Below are positions 17,501-27,095 of a stretch of 46,914 bases of DNA, piece after piece. The stretch covers positions 1 through 46,914 of IMG/VR virus record IMGVR_UViG_3300032277_000009, one strand, 5' to 3'. Under the pieces are notes generated by a model that did not search any database, had not been told where the DNA came from, and saw only the letters and a list, made by a program, of their open reading frames with translations. The position numbers and the translations under genes are program-made. Position 1 is the first letter of the stretch. Each line of letters opens with the position of its first letter. This DNA comes from a virus.

Positions 17501-17801
17501 GGAGCAGGAGTTGCTGCCGGTGACGATGCAGATGGACTCCCTCGGCTACGGGCGGGGCAAGGCGCTCAACCACGCGTGGGTCCGCACGTATGAATCCGCG
17601 GGCCTGTCGATCGGCGCGAAGGGCGAAGACACAGTGTTCAAGGTGCCCGACTTGCACGTGCCTGGCGGCCTCGTCACGCAGGAGTCGCGCGCCATCGTGT
17701 CGAACAAATGGGACCCTGACGCGCAGTTGTTGGTTCGACAGACGCTGCCGCTGCCCGCTACCATCGTGTCAGTAACTCTTGAAGTGAGCGTAGCCGAATG
17801 A
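14532..17801 (+). CDS. Tail nozzle / tubular protein B (T7 gp12-like)
   Basis: 1089 aa with ATGA overlap. N-terminus FAGGEVSPEFFGRGDAVQFQTGLAAARNVVVKPQGSARTRPGGEFV is typical of this family. Carries two LPxGL...GTGxH repeat modules. Confidence 0.75.
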   Translation: MRTRKHQYSFAGGEVSPEFFGRGDAVQFQTGLAAARNVVVKPQGSARTRPGGEFVARSFRQGTAAQLMSFTYDIDQAYAIEIGAQVFRFHAAGATLKWATPVDVGELGGVDTLDIVSHVNGILITAGPHGLTSGDEVRVTVEAVGSLPGGLASFTDYKVTVLDSRRLQFSLSASYPTLITIGPGYGSGFMRIFKTSELPRVYVEAENFAPGDVNTTSEVISIANHLFQDGDEFRFGTSGTLPAPLVAGTSYFAVNVVAGVSFQVSETSGGAAINLTTTGTGTHNVSYRYKQGDLAFVPVNGGLFNAGEVVYCQRDNDSDFLYPNTAGDWYLQPYDGALTVPTLYTAVQVFDLNWDQAGDVISLVHPEHPERELRRLSSLKWVVVDITTGATLTAPVPSVTEAYGETIKSLSYQAKGGVSGEPILMNTDESVPGVQTGTALLVTVSGLGSVPQGSTVIVNEVIAGGPPYKFGIRELGGDVITSTATTPTALTIEFAFTDLIADTNDYKVSAVDGAGIESVSAATGAVTNNLANPGASNTVSWAAIAGAVRYRVYKKSSGTGLYGLVGETDSLSFTDSDIAADLTNTTPVPDTDISNAANYSRATARFEQRRCFAGSDLFPRRMFMSRNGTENDFSSRIPVLDDDRISIEVAAREAHVIRHIVPLNDLVLLTQLGEWRVFAINSDAITPTTVAVRPQSYIGASTVRPLVINNSMLFCAARGGHVREMGFQATRQGFVTGDVSLRAAHLFDGYEIKSSAYQKAPVPICWFVSTSGRLLGFTYVPEERIGAWHRHDTEGGSFESVCVIPEGGEDRIYVTTQRTVEGVVVRNVERLAALNPTAPLDSPSLDDSRRYDGAGAGTVTVSGGAFAGQTVTVTTSATTAFSIFDVGKRLYMGANDTAVEITEFVTQNSVKGVLVSDLPTTDRNTALSPWAFGVKTIGGLSELEGASVSIVRSDSSDGLVTVEQNVTVTNGQVELSGWATIADVGRQYTPEQELLPVTMQMDSLGYGRGKALNHAWVRTYESAGLSIGAKGEDTVFKVPDLHVPGGLVTQESRAIVSNKWDPDAQLLVRQTLPLPATIVSVTLEVSVAE

Positions 17802-18436
17802 CTGACGAAATCATCGAACCGGACATCGATCTGGGTTTGGGCGAGAACGAACTCGTCGACAACGCCGTCGACACTCGTTCAGGGCTCGGCAACACGTTCT
17901 GGAACATCGGCGCCGTGGCTGCGATCGGCGGCAGCGTCATCGCGTCGATCGGCGCCTACGCGAGCACGCAGGCCGAGGAAGAGAACCTCAAGTCTGGCGC
18001 GTCCTCGCAGGAGTCGGCCGCCGTGTTCGACGACTACGGTGCGAACCAAGCCCGTATCGCAGCGCAGGACGTCGTTCGTCAAGGTCGGCGGACCAAGGGG
18101 CGCTACCAGCTCCGAGCCGCTCAGGAGCAATCCTCGGCCCGTGCGTCGGCTGCAGCGCGAGGCGTTGAGCAGGTCGGTTCGGCCGCCGAAGTCCAAGCGT
18201 CACTGAAATACGCGCAGGAAGTCGACGAGCTGACGCTCGATTCCAACACGTTGCGCCAGCGGCAGGCGCTCGAACGCCAAGAGCTGTCCCTACGCAACCG
18301 CGCCCGCATGCGTCGCGTCTCGGCCGAGAACATGCGCCGTTCGGCATCAACTATCAGCCCCGGTCTTGCCGCGGCCACCGCGTCGCTGCAAGGGATCGCA
18401 GGCGTTGCCGGCGGCTTCGCTCAGAGGTTTGCGTAA
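17798..18436 (+). CDS. Internal virion (ejection) protein, small
   Basis: 212 aa with ATGA overlap. Hydrophobic segment FWNIGAVAAIGGSVIASIGAY, then a long Q/R/A-rich helical region. Position after the nozzle gene. Confidence 0.6.
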   Translation: MTDEIIEPDIDLGLGENELVDNAVDTRSGLGNTFWNIGAVAAIGGSVIASIGAYASTQAEEENLKSGASSQESAAVFDDYGANQARIAAQDVVRQGRRTKGRYQLRAAQEQSSARASAAARGVEQVGSAAEVQASLKYAQEVDELTLDSNTLRQRQALERQELSLRNRARMRRVSAENMRRSASTISPGLAAATASLQGIAGVAGGFAQRFA

Positions 18437-20484
18437 TGCCTATCCGTGTCCCAGGAGTCGACGGCCGCCCCGTCTCACAGAACCCCGTGCAAGCCGCACC
18501 CGCGCCGGCACTCAACCAAGGTCTGGCGATCGTGGGTGCGCAGTTGCAGAACGCTGGCAACACCGTGCGCCGCGAGGGTGCGCAGGCGATGCGTGTCGGG
18601 CAGCAGTTCATCGACAGCGCGAACGATGCGCGCAGCTCCCAGCAGGCAACGCTGCACGGCGACGCGCTCGACAAGCTCGTGCGCGACTACCAACAGAGTC
18701 TCGCCGCCGATGCACACGACGGCTACGAGCCGCTGAACAAAGAGATCAAGAAGCTGCGCGATCGCTTCTCCGGCAAGCTCGACAACTCGCAGCAAGCGGT
18801 GCTCTACAAGACCAAGGTCGACGCGCAGATCCGTCGGGCGCGCGGCACGGTCGACCGCCACTTCGCGCAGCAAACGCGAGCGTGGGACATCGAGCAGACT
18901 GAGGTCACGCTCAACCGCTACGCGCAGGACTACCAAGAAGCCGCGCTGTTGGGTGACGAGTTCGACGACGAGCGCATGGCGCGCATGACCGTGGCGCGCG
19001 GCGTCATGGAGAAGCTGTTCGACCGACTCGCCGAGATGTCAGGCATGGACCCGAAGACCGCGGCCGAGCAGAAGAAGCAACGTCTCGCCCGCCTGCACAG
19101 CCGCACGCTGGCGGTGTTGTCCGATCAGTCGGCAGAGCAAGCGTCTGACTACCTCGACACGTTCGGCGACGAGATGGACGTTGCGACGCGCACCAAGGCG
19201 AAGGCGCAAGTCGAAGCAGCGACGCTGCAAGACAAGGCGCTCGCACGCATGCGCAAGATGATGGAAAGCGCCGGCCCGAAGGCGACACCCGCGCAGCGCT
19301 TCCAATCCGTGGTCGAGCAGGCCGCGAAGATCACCGACGCCGGCGAGTTCCAAGCCGTGATGTCGATGGCGGGCGCTGAGTATGCCCGGGCGCAGCGCGT
19401 GACGAACGCGCAGCAGAACGAGCTGGTCGACGAGGTCGAGAAGATCGTCTACGCCGAAGGTGGCGAGTTCACGACGTTCTACGACCTGCCGGCGACGATG
19501 CAGCAGCGGCTGCGCGATGAAGGCTTGGTCGACGAGGTGCAAGCCGTCATCGGCCAGCGTGACCGCGTGTCGCAAGAGATGGTCGTGCAGCAGGCGATTC
19601 GCAACCCGGGCGCGTTCCGTGGCCGCGACTACCAAGAGTTCAAGCGCACGCACAAGCCGCGCTTGTCGAAGGGCGACTACGCGACCGTTGAGTCGATCTT
19701 CTTCAGCGTCAACCCCGAGCAGGCGCCGCCGGGAACACCGGTCGCTTCGATCCTCGACGCGAGCGATCTGTTCAACCAAGAGATGGATTTGTCGGGGAAG
19801 ACGAAAGAGGCGCTGGAAGGAAACCCCGATCTGCAGCGCCGCGCACAGAATCTACGCTTTGCGTATCAACGTTTGATCGAATCCGGCGGCATCACCAAAG
19901 AGACGCCCATCGACATGAAGCGGAAGCAGATCCAAGCGCTGTTTCGGCAGGATGCGTCCGTCCCCGGCATCCTCGGGTTCGGCGGTGAGAAGGTGTCGAT
20001 CCACGAGATGGCCGAAGGTGCTGAGATCACCGTTGCTACTCGTGACGGCCGAGTGCGCCAATCGCGCGTCGGTGCCGTGCCGCCGCTGGTCGCGTCCGAA
20101 CTCCAGGTCAGCATGCAACGGTTGTTCAAAAACAAACGGCAACCTACGGAGCACGAGATCCAACAGGCGTGGTTCGAGCTGGACCAACCTAAGTCGGCCA
20201 AGCTGGCGCGCGAACGGTGGGCCAATCAGAGTTTCGTTATGAAGGGCATCGTGCAGTCGTCGCTGGACCGGGAGAAACCCACCGACGAGTTGATGGTCGA
20301 CATGGACCCGTCGGTCCGTTCACGGGTCGACCAGCTCTTCGCGTCCGCAGGGTCGACGATGCAGACCTTCGGCGGGCCTCGATACCTGCTAGGGTTCCTG
20401 CCACCATCGCTCACCACGAAGCAGAAGGACGACGCGCGTCGATACCTCGATCTGCTCGTCAGCAGACAAGGCCGACGTAGATGA
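18436..20484 (+). CDS. Internal virion (ejection) protein, medium
   Basis: 682 aa with TAATG overlap. Mostly helical composition. Position as for T7 gp15-class proteins. Confidence 0.55.
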   Translation: MPIRVPGVDGRPVSQNPVQAAPAPALNQGLAIVGAQLQNAGNTVRREGAQAMRVGQQFIDSANDARSSQQATLHGDALDKLVRDYQQSLAADAHDGYEPLNKEIKKLRDRFSGKLDNSQQAVLYKTKVDAQIRRARGTVDRHFAQQTRAWDIEQTEVTLNRYAQDYQEAALLGDEFDDERMARMTVARGVMEKLFDRLAEMSGMDPKTAAEQKKQRLARLHSRTLAVLSDQSAEQASDYLDTFGDEMDVATRTKAKAQVEAATLQDKALARMRKMMESAGPKATPAQRFQSVVEQAAKITDAGEFQAVMSMAGAEYARAQRVTNAQQNELVDEVEKIVYAEGGEFTTFYDLPATMQQRLRDEGLVDEVQAVIGQRDRVSQEMVVQQAIRNPGAFRGRDYQEFKRTHKPRLSKGDYATVESIFFSVNPEQAPPGTPVASILDASDLFNQEMDLSGKTKEALEGNPDLQRRAQNLRFAYQRLIESGGITKETPIDMKRKQIQALFRQDASVPGILGFGGEKVSIHEMAEGAEITVATRDGRVRQSRVGAVPPLVASELQVSMQRLFKNKRQPTEHEIQQAWFELDQPKSAKLARERWANQSFVMKGIVQSSLDREKPTDELMVDMDPSVRSRVDQLFASAGSTMQTFGGPRYLLGFLPPSLTTKQKDDARRYLDLLVSRQGRRR

Positions 20485-23400
20485 CGAACTCTTTCCTACC
20501 GCCTCTCGACCCACAGAACCCGCAACCCGCATCGCCGGCGCAGGCGCCGCAAGAGACGGTCCTCTCTCAGCTTGTCCAGGGCTGGGAAGAGCAAGAGACG
20601 TCCGCGTTCATGCGTTCGTTCCAAGGCGTGATCGACACGGACCCCGACACGGCCGCCGAGATCAAGCAGATCAGCGCCGCAACGGGTCAGCCGCCGAACG
20701 CCATCGCGAGCGACATCAACTGGGCGCGGCGCTTGATGGCGCAGCGCGACATGCGCTTGTGGCTCGCGGTGAAGGCCAACCCGGTGATCCGGGAGCAGTT
20801 CGCCAACCCTGAGTTCGCGCAGATCGCGTGGGACGACTTGAAGAGCGTCAGCGCGTGGCAGGACATTTCCGGCAACTGGCGTGCAGGCCAACTCGTAGTC
20901 GAACGCGGCAAGATCGGCACGCGCATGATGTCCGGCATCGCGACGGGCGACGACCACAAGCGGCTCGAAGACATCGACCGCATGCTGCAGGAAGAGCTAC
21001 CCAGCGGTGATAGCTGGATCGGCGGCCCGGCGCGGATGTTCGGTCTGATGTCGCAGACGTTGCCGAAGGCGATCGCGCTCGGCTCCGGCACGGCGGCAAC
21101 CGCCGCGGCGCTAGGCAACCTCGGCCCGCAAGCCGCAGTGCCTGAAGAAGTGATCATCGTGCCGGCGGCGTTCGTCTTCGGCATGTCGTCCGGGATGGCG
21201 ATCCAAGCGTTCCAGATCGAAGGCGGCAACGCATACATCGAATACAAGCGCGCAGGGTTCGACGAAGGTCGCGCCCGCGTCGCGGCGCGCAGCGTCGGCA
21301 CAGTGAATGCCGTGCTCGAAGTCGCGGGCCTGAGCATCTTGGCTGCACCAGCGAAGAAGCTCGTGCAGGATCAGGTCAAGCGCAGGCTGGGTGAACGTCT
21401 CGCACGCATGACGCCGTTCGAAGCGTCGACCCGCGCGCTCAAGGGTATCGGGGCCGGTGTTGCTGGCGAGACCGGCCCCGAGGTGCTGCAAGAACTCAGC
21501 ACGATGATCGGCGAGGAAGTCGCCCGCGTCGGCACCGAGACGATGGTGAGCCGTTTGCAAGGTGGGTTCCGTGGCGAGTTCGACGCACCCGGCGGGGGTC
21601 GCATCGAGATCGACGGCCGCGGTCAGATCAGCGTCACGCCTGACGTGTTCAAGCGCGTTCTGGGCCTCGACACCGGCGGCGCCGATGTCGACGCGGTTGT
21701 GTTGGAAGGTGAGACGCGGCGCAAGTTCATAGAGCAATACGACAAGGCTCTGCCGCTGATCTCTGCGATCACCGAAGGTGAGGTCGGCGACCGACTCATC
21801 GACACCGCCATACAAACCGTCAAGGGTGTGTGGTTGCCGGGCGCGATCGGACCTTCGATCCAGCTCATTGGCGACTCGCACCGCATCACGTCGGCGCAAC
21901 GCATGGACAAGGTCTTCGAAGCCGCGACGCAAAACGTCGCCGAAGCCAAGGCCGCTGCACGCGACGCCGACGTGTTTTCCCAATTCATCGCCGGCACGCT
22001 CGACGACTCTGTGGCCGACACGGTCTACGTCTCGAAGGACCGCGTGCGCGAGAAGATGGAGAAGGCCGGCGTCACCGAAGAGCAACTCGAACGCGACGCC
22101 CCTGAGATCCATCGCCAGTTGCGCGAGCCGAACGAGCTGAACGACGACATCGAGGTCCCGATGGGCGACTGGCTCGGCCTCAAGATGAACCAGTCTGATA
22201 TCGGCCTAGCGCTGCGCGAAGACCTACGCATCGCCGGCAAAGATTCGATGTCGCTCGCCGAGGCAGAGCAGGCCGCGAAGACGATCGACGAAGACGTGAA
22301 GGCGCTGCGCGCCAAGCTCGACGAGGACGAAGCCGCGGCGTCGGTGTTCCGCGCGGAAGCCGAACAGATCGAGAAGCGCATTCGCACGGAGATCACCGCT
22401 GCCGGTGTGAACATCTCCGCGGAGCAAGCACGCATCAGTGCGCAGATGCACCGGCGCATTCTCGAAACGCTGTCGCTACGCGCCGGTGTGTCGCCCGCGC
22501 AGTTCGAAGAGCAGTTCGGGCAGATGCAGATCGTGCGCGGTCAAGGTGTCGACGCTGCGACGTTCGCGCAGACCGACGCGTTCAAGGCGTGGTTCGGCGA
22601 CTCGAAGGTTACGGAGATGGTTTCCGGGTCGTCCTCCCGTGACGCCGTGTTCGCCCCTCAAGTGGTCTACCACGCAACGACCGCCAGTTTCGAAGAGTTC
22701 GAGGCTGGTCGCGAGACGGTCAACTCAACGTTCTTCGGCGACGTCAAGACGGAGCGCCACGCCGTCTTCTTCACGCCGACACCAGAGCGTGCCGCCGAGT
22801 ATGTGACCTTCGATGGCGAAACGGATCCAGGTGCGCGCACGATCCCCGCATATCTGTCCGTGCAGAATCCGCTCGACTTCACCGAGCAGGTATCCGACGA
22901 CGTGCTCGGTCAGTTCGAAGCTGAAGGTATCAACCCGCGATGGCTGACGAAGTTCGAGTGGGGGCACCTTGACGGAGATGACGGGAGAGAGCTGGTCGCT
23001 GTGGCCCGGAAGCTCGGCTATGACGGGATCGTCTTCCTCGAAGAAGGCCCCGACTCAGGCAAGGACTTTGAGACTTGGGCGGTGTTCGACCCTGCGCAAA
23101 TCAAGTCGGTGCTCAACCGCGAGCCGACCAGCGACCCGAACATCCTGAAGCAAGACGGCGACGGAGAGCAAACGCCGCGCGGCACGTTCAACCCGCGCGA
23201 CTTCGTCACGAAGTTGTTCGACAAGGCCGACGCGTCGACCTTCTTCCACGAAGCGGCCCACTACTACCTTGAAGCGCTGCTGAACCTCGCGCGCAACGGC
23301 AAGGCGCCGACCGACGTGCTGGCCGACCTCGACGCGCTGGCGAAGTGGGGCGAGATGGAAGGCTGGGAAGACCTCGCCACCGCATCGATCGAAGACCGCC

Positions 23401-26400
23401 GCAAGCTGCACGAGAAGTTCGCCTACCGCTGGGAACGCTACCTCCACGAAGGCAAGCCGGCGTCGGCGGACCGCACGTTGCTTGGCATGTTCCGCCAGGT
23501 GCGCGCGTGGCTGACGCAGGTCTACAAGGACATCACGCGCACGCCCGAAGCGGGCTTTGCTGCAGAGTTCCCCGGCGAACAGTTGCCCGAACTCAGCGAC
23601 GAAGTGCGCGCCGTCATGGACCGGCTCGTCGAGTCGCAGGAAGCAATCGACTACGCGCACAAGGTGCGCAGCGTCGAAGGTCTGTTCGAGCTCGGCGAAG
23701 ACAGCGCGGTGTTGCAGGTCATGCCGTCAGACGAGCGCGACCGGCTGAAGAAGATTCTGTTCGACGCAGACTTCGAAGCAGACGAGAAGCTCGGCGCGGT
23801 GATGATGCGGCAGCTCCGCTACATGAAGAACTTCCGCGGCAAGTTCCTCAAGGAAGTGCAGTCGCAGACGCGCGCCGCGCGCAAGCGCATTCGCGAAGAG
23901 GTCTACGAAGAGCAGCGCAACGAACCGGTGCACCGCGCTCAGCGCTTCTTCAACACCGGTGAGTTCCTCAACGCGCTCGGTGAAGTCGAGCCGATCGGCG
24001 ACATGCCGAAGCGCATCCACGAAGCCGACGGCGCGGGCTTGCCGGACAAGTGGACGTCGCCACGCGGCGCGAGTGCCGACGTGTTCGCGACGGCGTTCGG
24101 ATACCAGTCCGGCCAAGACCTCGTTGACGACCTGCTAGGCGCGTTGACACTCGACGAAGTGGTCGACCAGATCACCGACGAACGACTCGCCGTCGAGCAC
24201 GACGACTTGCTCAACACCGAGATCGTCGAAGAGCGTCTGATCGAAGCGATGAGCGGGCCGGCGTTCCAAAAGCTGATCGCCGAGCAGCTCCGCTTCTACG
24301 ACAAGGGGTTGCCGAACGGGCGGGTCCAACGGGCCGCAGCTCGCGCGGTTGCCCGCCGCGTGATCGGGGGCCGTGTGGTCGGTGATCTTCGTCCGATGCA
24401 CTACTCGCTGGCAGCTAGCAGGGCGCAGCGGGCGGCGAGCAAGGCGCGGCGCGACGGGGACATCCCGGCATATCGCGCAGCCCTTCGATCCGCGCTCTTC
24501 CAAAACGCCATGGCCGAGGCCGCGAGCGAGGCACGCGACGAGATCCGCAAGGGTGAACGCAACGTCAACAAGCGCTACCTCAAGACCGAGAAGAAGCTCG
24601 CCGAAGCGGGCCGCATCCCGGTCTACGTCACGGCGGGCCGTCTGATCCTCAGCCGCTACGGTCTCGTGACGCCGCCACCGGAGTCGATCGACAGCCCAAC
24701 CTACGACCCGTTCGCACCGCTCGAAGATGACGACCCGACGCGCGTTGAGTTGCAGCAGATGGTCGACGCAGAGACGACGGACGCGAAGAACTACCGCGAA
24801 CTGACCGTCGACGAACTGCGCGATATGTTCGAACTGTCGAACAGTCTTTGGTTCCGCAGCAAGCGCGAGAAGCAGGTGTTGATCGATGGCGAGCGCGCTG
24901 AGCTTGAAGACGTGCTTGCGCAGATGGTCGCGAAGCTCGGCGAGCACACGGTCAAGGAACGCAAGGTGGCCGGCGCGCTGACCAAGGGTGAGAAGCGCGG
25001 CCGGTGGGTGCGCAAGCAGCTCGCGCAGTTCAAGCGCATGGAGTTCGCGTTGCAGGCGCTCGACCGGGGAACACCGGGTGGCATCTTCACGAAAGCGATC
25101 TGGCGTCGCGCCAAGGACGCGGCGAATCAAATGCGACTTGTCGAGGCGCGCCAGCTCAAGAAGCTGCAGGCGCTCGTCGATCAGCTCGATCTCAGCGGCG
25201 GCACGATCACAGCCAAGTCGCTCGAAGTGAACGTCGACGGTGTGCCGACGCGCGACTTCGTGTTCGGCCGCGGCGAGGTCAGCGGCAAGGCCGAGATCAT
25301 CATGGCGCTGTTGCACAGCGGCAACGAGTCGAACATGTTCAAGCTCGTCGCCGGCCACAAGTGGGGCCGCTTCGACAAGGCGACCGGCAAGGTCGACGTC
25401 TCGCGCTGGCTCGACTTCATCAACCAGAAGGTCGACGACGGCACGATCACGAAGAAGGACATGGACGTCGTTCAGGCGATCTGGGATCTGAACGAAGAGA
25501 TGAAGCCGGCCGCGCAGCGCGCGCACTACGAGGTCGCCGGCTACCGCTTCCGCGAGATCCAGGCATCACCGCTGGCGCTGGTGTTCCCCGGTGAAGGGCT
25601 CGTCGTCTACAAGGGCGGCTACGTGCCGGCCGCAACCGACCGCGACCAAGTCGTCGACGCTCAGCTCAACGAGCTTGACGACATGCTGAACTTCCAGAAG
25701 AAGCTGCCGATGGTGCCGCGCGGCTTCATGAAGAATCGCGCCTCGCTCTACGCGCGCGAGCTGGACCTCAACCCGATGCGCCTGGCTGAGCACGTGCACT
25801 CGGTGCAGTTGTTCTCGCACATCGCGCCCGCGATGAAGGACATCCGCCGCATCACCGAAAGCCAAGCGTTCAAGACCGCCATCGACAAGGTCGACCCACA
25901 GTTCCGCGCCGAGGTGCTCGTGCCGTGGCTCGAAGCCCTCGCGTCGCAACGCACGACCAAGGCCGGGAAAGACACGTGGGGTTGGCTCAACCGGCTGCGC
26001 GCTCGCGCGGGGCAAGCGGTGATGTTCTTCAACGTGAAGAACTCGCTGCAGAACTACACGGGTATTCCGGTCGCACTCACTGTTGTCGACGGCCGCAACC
26101 TGCGGATGGGTCTCGGCGAAGTGTTGCGCGACCGCGAGGGTGCGTTGCAGCGCGTGGCGGACCAAAGCGACTACATGCGGGACCGCCTCTCGAACACCGC
26201 TGATATCTACGAGGTGCGCGACCGCTTCCAAGGTCTCGTCATCGATCGCGGCAACTTCGGCAACGTGCAAGCGTGGTTCCAGAAGAACGCCTACTGGCTG
26301 CAGCGACTGACTCAAGAACCAATCGACGCCGCCGTGTGGATCGCTTCCTACAACAAGGCGATCGAAGACCAAGGCCCGATCGATGGGTCAAAGGCGCACA

Positions 26401-27095
26401 CCGAAGCGGTGCAGCGCGCAGACGCCGCTGTGCGGCAGACGCAGACGTCGAACAACCCGGAAGACCTCAGCAGCGCAGAGCGCGGCTCAGCGTGGGCCAA
26501 GCTCTTCCTGCAGTTCCGCGGCTGGTTCATCTCCTACGGCAACCTGATTCGCACGCAGATGGGTGTGCGTGCGCAGCGCGACGACCGCATGGCCTCGCTC
26601 GCAGCGCTCTACATGATCGGCATCTTCGCGCCGCTCGTTGCGGCCGAAGCGATCGACGCGCTCGTCGACGGCGACGAGATCGACAAGGACGAAGACGGTG
26701 CTGTCTGGGACGACGTGGCGTGGCGCGCGATGCAGTCGCACCTGCAAGCGATCACCGGTGCAGTCCCGATCTGGGGCGACATCGGGCAGGTTGCGTTCAA
26801 CACGTTGTTCGAGCCGCAGAGCTGGTCGGCCCGCATGCCTGAGCCGGCCGCGATCGGTGCAATGCGCCAAGGCTTGGTCTACTTGCGCAAGGGCGATCTC
26901 GAAAGCGGACGTGGCCTGCGCAGCGTGTTCTCGATGGTCGGCATCATGATCGGCATCCCGATCGAACGCATCATCGGCCCAGCGTTCAGCGGCTACGAGC
27001 TGATGACGGACCAAGCCGACTTCGAAGGTCAGTTCGGGCCAGGTGTCGAAGTGCCGCGGGCGTTGATCACCGGTCGGACCCAACGGCCCCGCTAG
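20481..27095 (+). CDS. Giant internal / ejected polyvalent-type protein with an ART-like module and an HExxH zincin-like module
   Basis: 2204 aa with ATGA overlap. aa ~725-876: VVYHATTASFEEFE...AVFFTPTPERAAEY...GYDGIVFLEE...WAVFDPAQIKSV. aa 923-927: HEAAH within TFFHEAAHYYLEAL, followed by EKFAYRWERYLHEGKP...FRQVRAWLTQVY. Gly/Ala-rich hydrophobic segments occur near aa 190-300 and aa ~2040-2060. Confidence 0.7.
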   Translation: MTNSFLPPLDPQNPQPASPAQAPQETVLSQLVQGWEEQETSAFMRSFQGVIDTDPDTAAEIKQISAATGQPPNAIASDINWARRLMAQRDMRLWLAVKANPVIREQFANPEFAQIAWDDLKSVSAWQDISGNWRAGQLVVERGKIGTRMMSGIATGDDHKRLEDIDRMLQEELPSGDSWIGGPARMFGLMSQTLPKAIALGSGTAATAAALGNLGPQAAVPEEVIIVPAAFVFGMSSGMAIQAFQIEGGNAYIEYKRAGFDEGRARVAARSVGTVNAVLEVAGLSILAAPAKKLVQDQVKRRLGERLARMTPFEASTRALKGIGAGVAGETGPEVLQELSTMIGEEVARVGTETMVSRLQGGFRGEFDAPGGGRIEIDGRGQISVTPDVFKRVLGLDTGGADVDAVVLEGETRRKFIEQYDKALPLISAITEGEVGDRLIDTAIQTVKGVWLPGAIGPSIQLIGDSHRITSAQRMDKVFEAATQNVAEAKAAARDADVFSQFIAGTLDDSVADTVYVSKDRVREKMEKAGVTEEQLERDAPEIHRQLREPNELNDDIEVPMGDWLGLKMNQSDIGLALREDLRIAGKDSMSLAEAEQAAKTIDEDVKALRAKLDEDEAAASVFRAEAEQIEKRIRTEITAAGVNISAEQARISAQMHRRILETLSLRAGVSPAQFEEQFGQMQIVRGQGVDAATFAQTDAFKAWFGDSKVTEMVSGSSSRDAVFAPQVVYHATTASFEEFEAGRETVNSTFFGDVKTERHAVFFTPTPERAAEYVTFDGETDPGARTIPAYLSVQNPLDFTEQVSDDVLGQFEAEGINPRWLTKFEWGHLDGDDGRELVAVARKLGYDGIVFLEEGPDSGKDFETWAVFDPAQIKSVLNREPTSDPNILKQDGDGEQTPRGTFNPRDFVTKLFDKADASTFFHEAAHYYLEALLNLARNGKAPTDVLADLDALAKWGEMEGWEDLATASIEDRRKLHEKFAYRWERYLHEGKPASADRTLLGMFRQVRAWLTQVYKDITRTPEAGFAAEFPGEQLPELSDEVRAVMDRLVESQEAIDYAHKVRSVEGLFELGEDSAVLQVMPSDERDRLKKILFDADFEADEKLGAVMMRQLRYMKNFRGKFLKEVQSQTRAARKRIREEVYEEQRNEPVHRAQRFFNTGEFLNALGEVEPIGDMPKRIHEADGAGLPDKWTSPRGASADVFATAFGYQSGQDLVDDLLGALTLDEVVDQITDERLAVEHDDLLNTEIVEERLIEAMSGPAFQKLIAEQLRFYDKGLPNGRVQRAAARAVARRVIGGRVVGDLRPMHYSLAASRAQRAASKARRDGDIPAYRAALRSALFQNAMAEAASEARDEIRKGERNVNKRYLKTEKKLAEAGRIPVYVTAGRLILSRYGLVTPPPESIDSPTYDPFAPLEDDDPTRVELQQMVDAETTDAKNYRELTVDELRDMFELSNSLWFRSKREKQVLIDGERAELEDVLAQMVAKLGEHTVKERKVAGALTKGEKRGRWVRKQLAQFKRMEFALQALDRGTPGGIFTKAIWRRAKDAANQMRLVEARQLKKLQALVDQLDLSGGTITAKSLEVNVDGVPTRDFVFGRGEVSGKAEIIMALLHSGNESNMFKLVAGHKWGRFDKATGKVDVSRWLDFINQKVDDGTITKKDMDVVQAIWDLNEEMKPAAQRAHYEVAGYRFREIQASPLALVFPGEGLVVYKGGYVPAATDRDQVVDAQLNELDDMLNFQKKLPMVPRGFMKNRASLYARELDLNPMRLAEHVHSVQLFSHIAPAMKDIRRITESQAFKTAIDKVDPQFRAEVLVPWLEALASQRTTKAGKDTWGWLNRLRARAGQAVMFFNVKNSLQNYTGIPVALTVVDGRNLRMGLGEVLRDREGALQRVADQSDYMRDRLSNTADIYEVRDRFQGLVIDRGNFGNVQAWFQKNAYWLQRLTQEPIDAAVWIASYNKAIEDQGPIDGSKAHTEAVQRADAAVRQTQTSNNPEDLSSAERGSAWAKLFLQFRGWFISYGNLIRTQMGVRAQRDDRMASLAALYMIGIFAPLVAAEAIDALVDGDEIDKDEDGAVWDDVAWRAMQSHLQAITGAVPIWGDIGQVAFNTLFEPQSWSARMPEPAAIGAMRQGLVYLRKGDLESGRGLRSVFSMVGIMIGIPIERIIGPAFSGYELMTDQADFEGQFGPGVEVPRALITGRTQRPR

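Noticed and set aside
18436-20484. A lytic transglycosylase or other muralytic domain in the internal virion proteins (as in T7 gp16)
   Set aside because: I saw no SLT-type E-S...GLMQ...Y motif or lysozyme/amidase signatures in 17798-20484 or in the N-terminus of the giant ORF. Left open for profile searches.
22960-22990. HLDGDDG in the giant ORF as a possible DxDGD catalytic loop of a virion-packaged RNA polymerase (crAss- or N4-like idea)
   Set aside because: The sequence is D-G-D-D-G, not D-x-D-G-D. It lies inside the ART-like module, and no other double-psi-barrel or T7-like RNAP motifs were seen.
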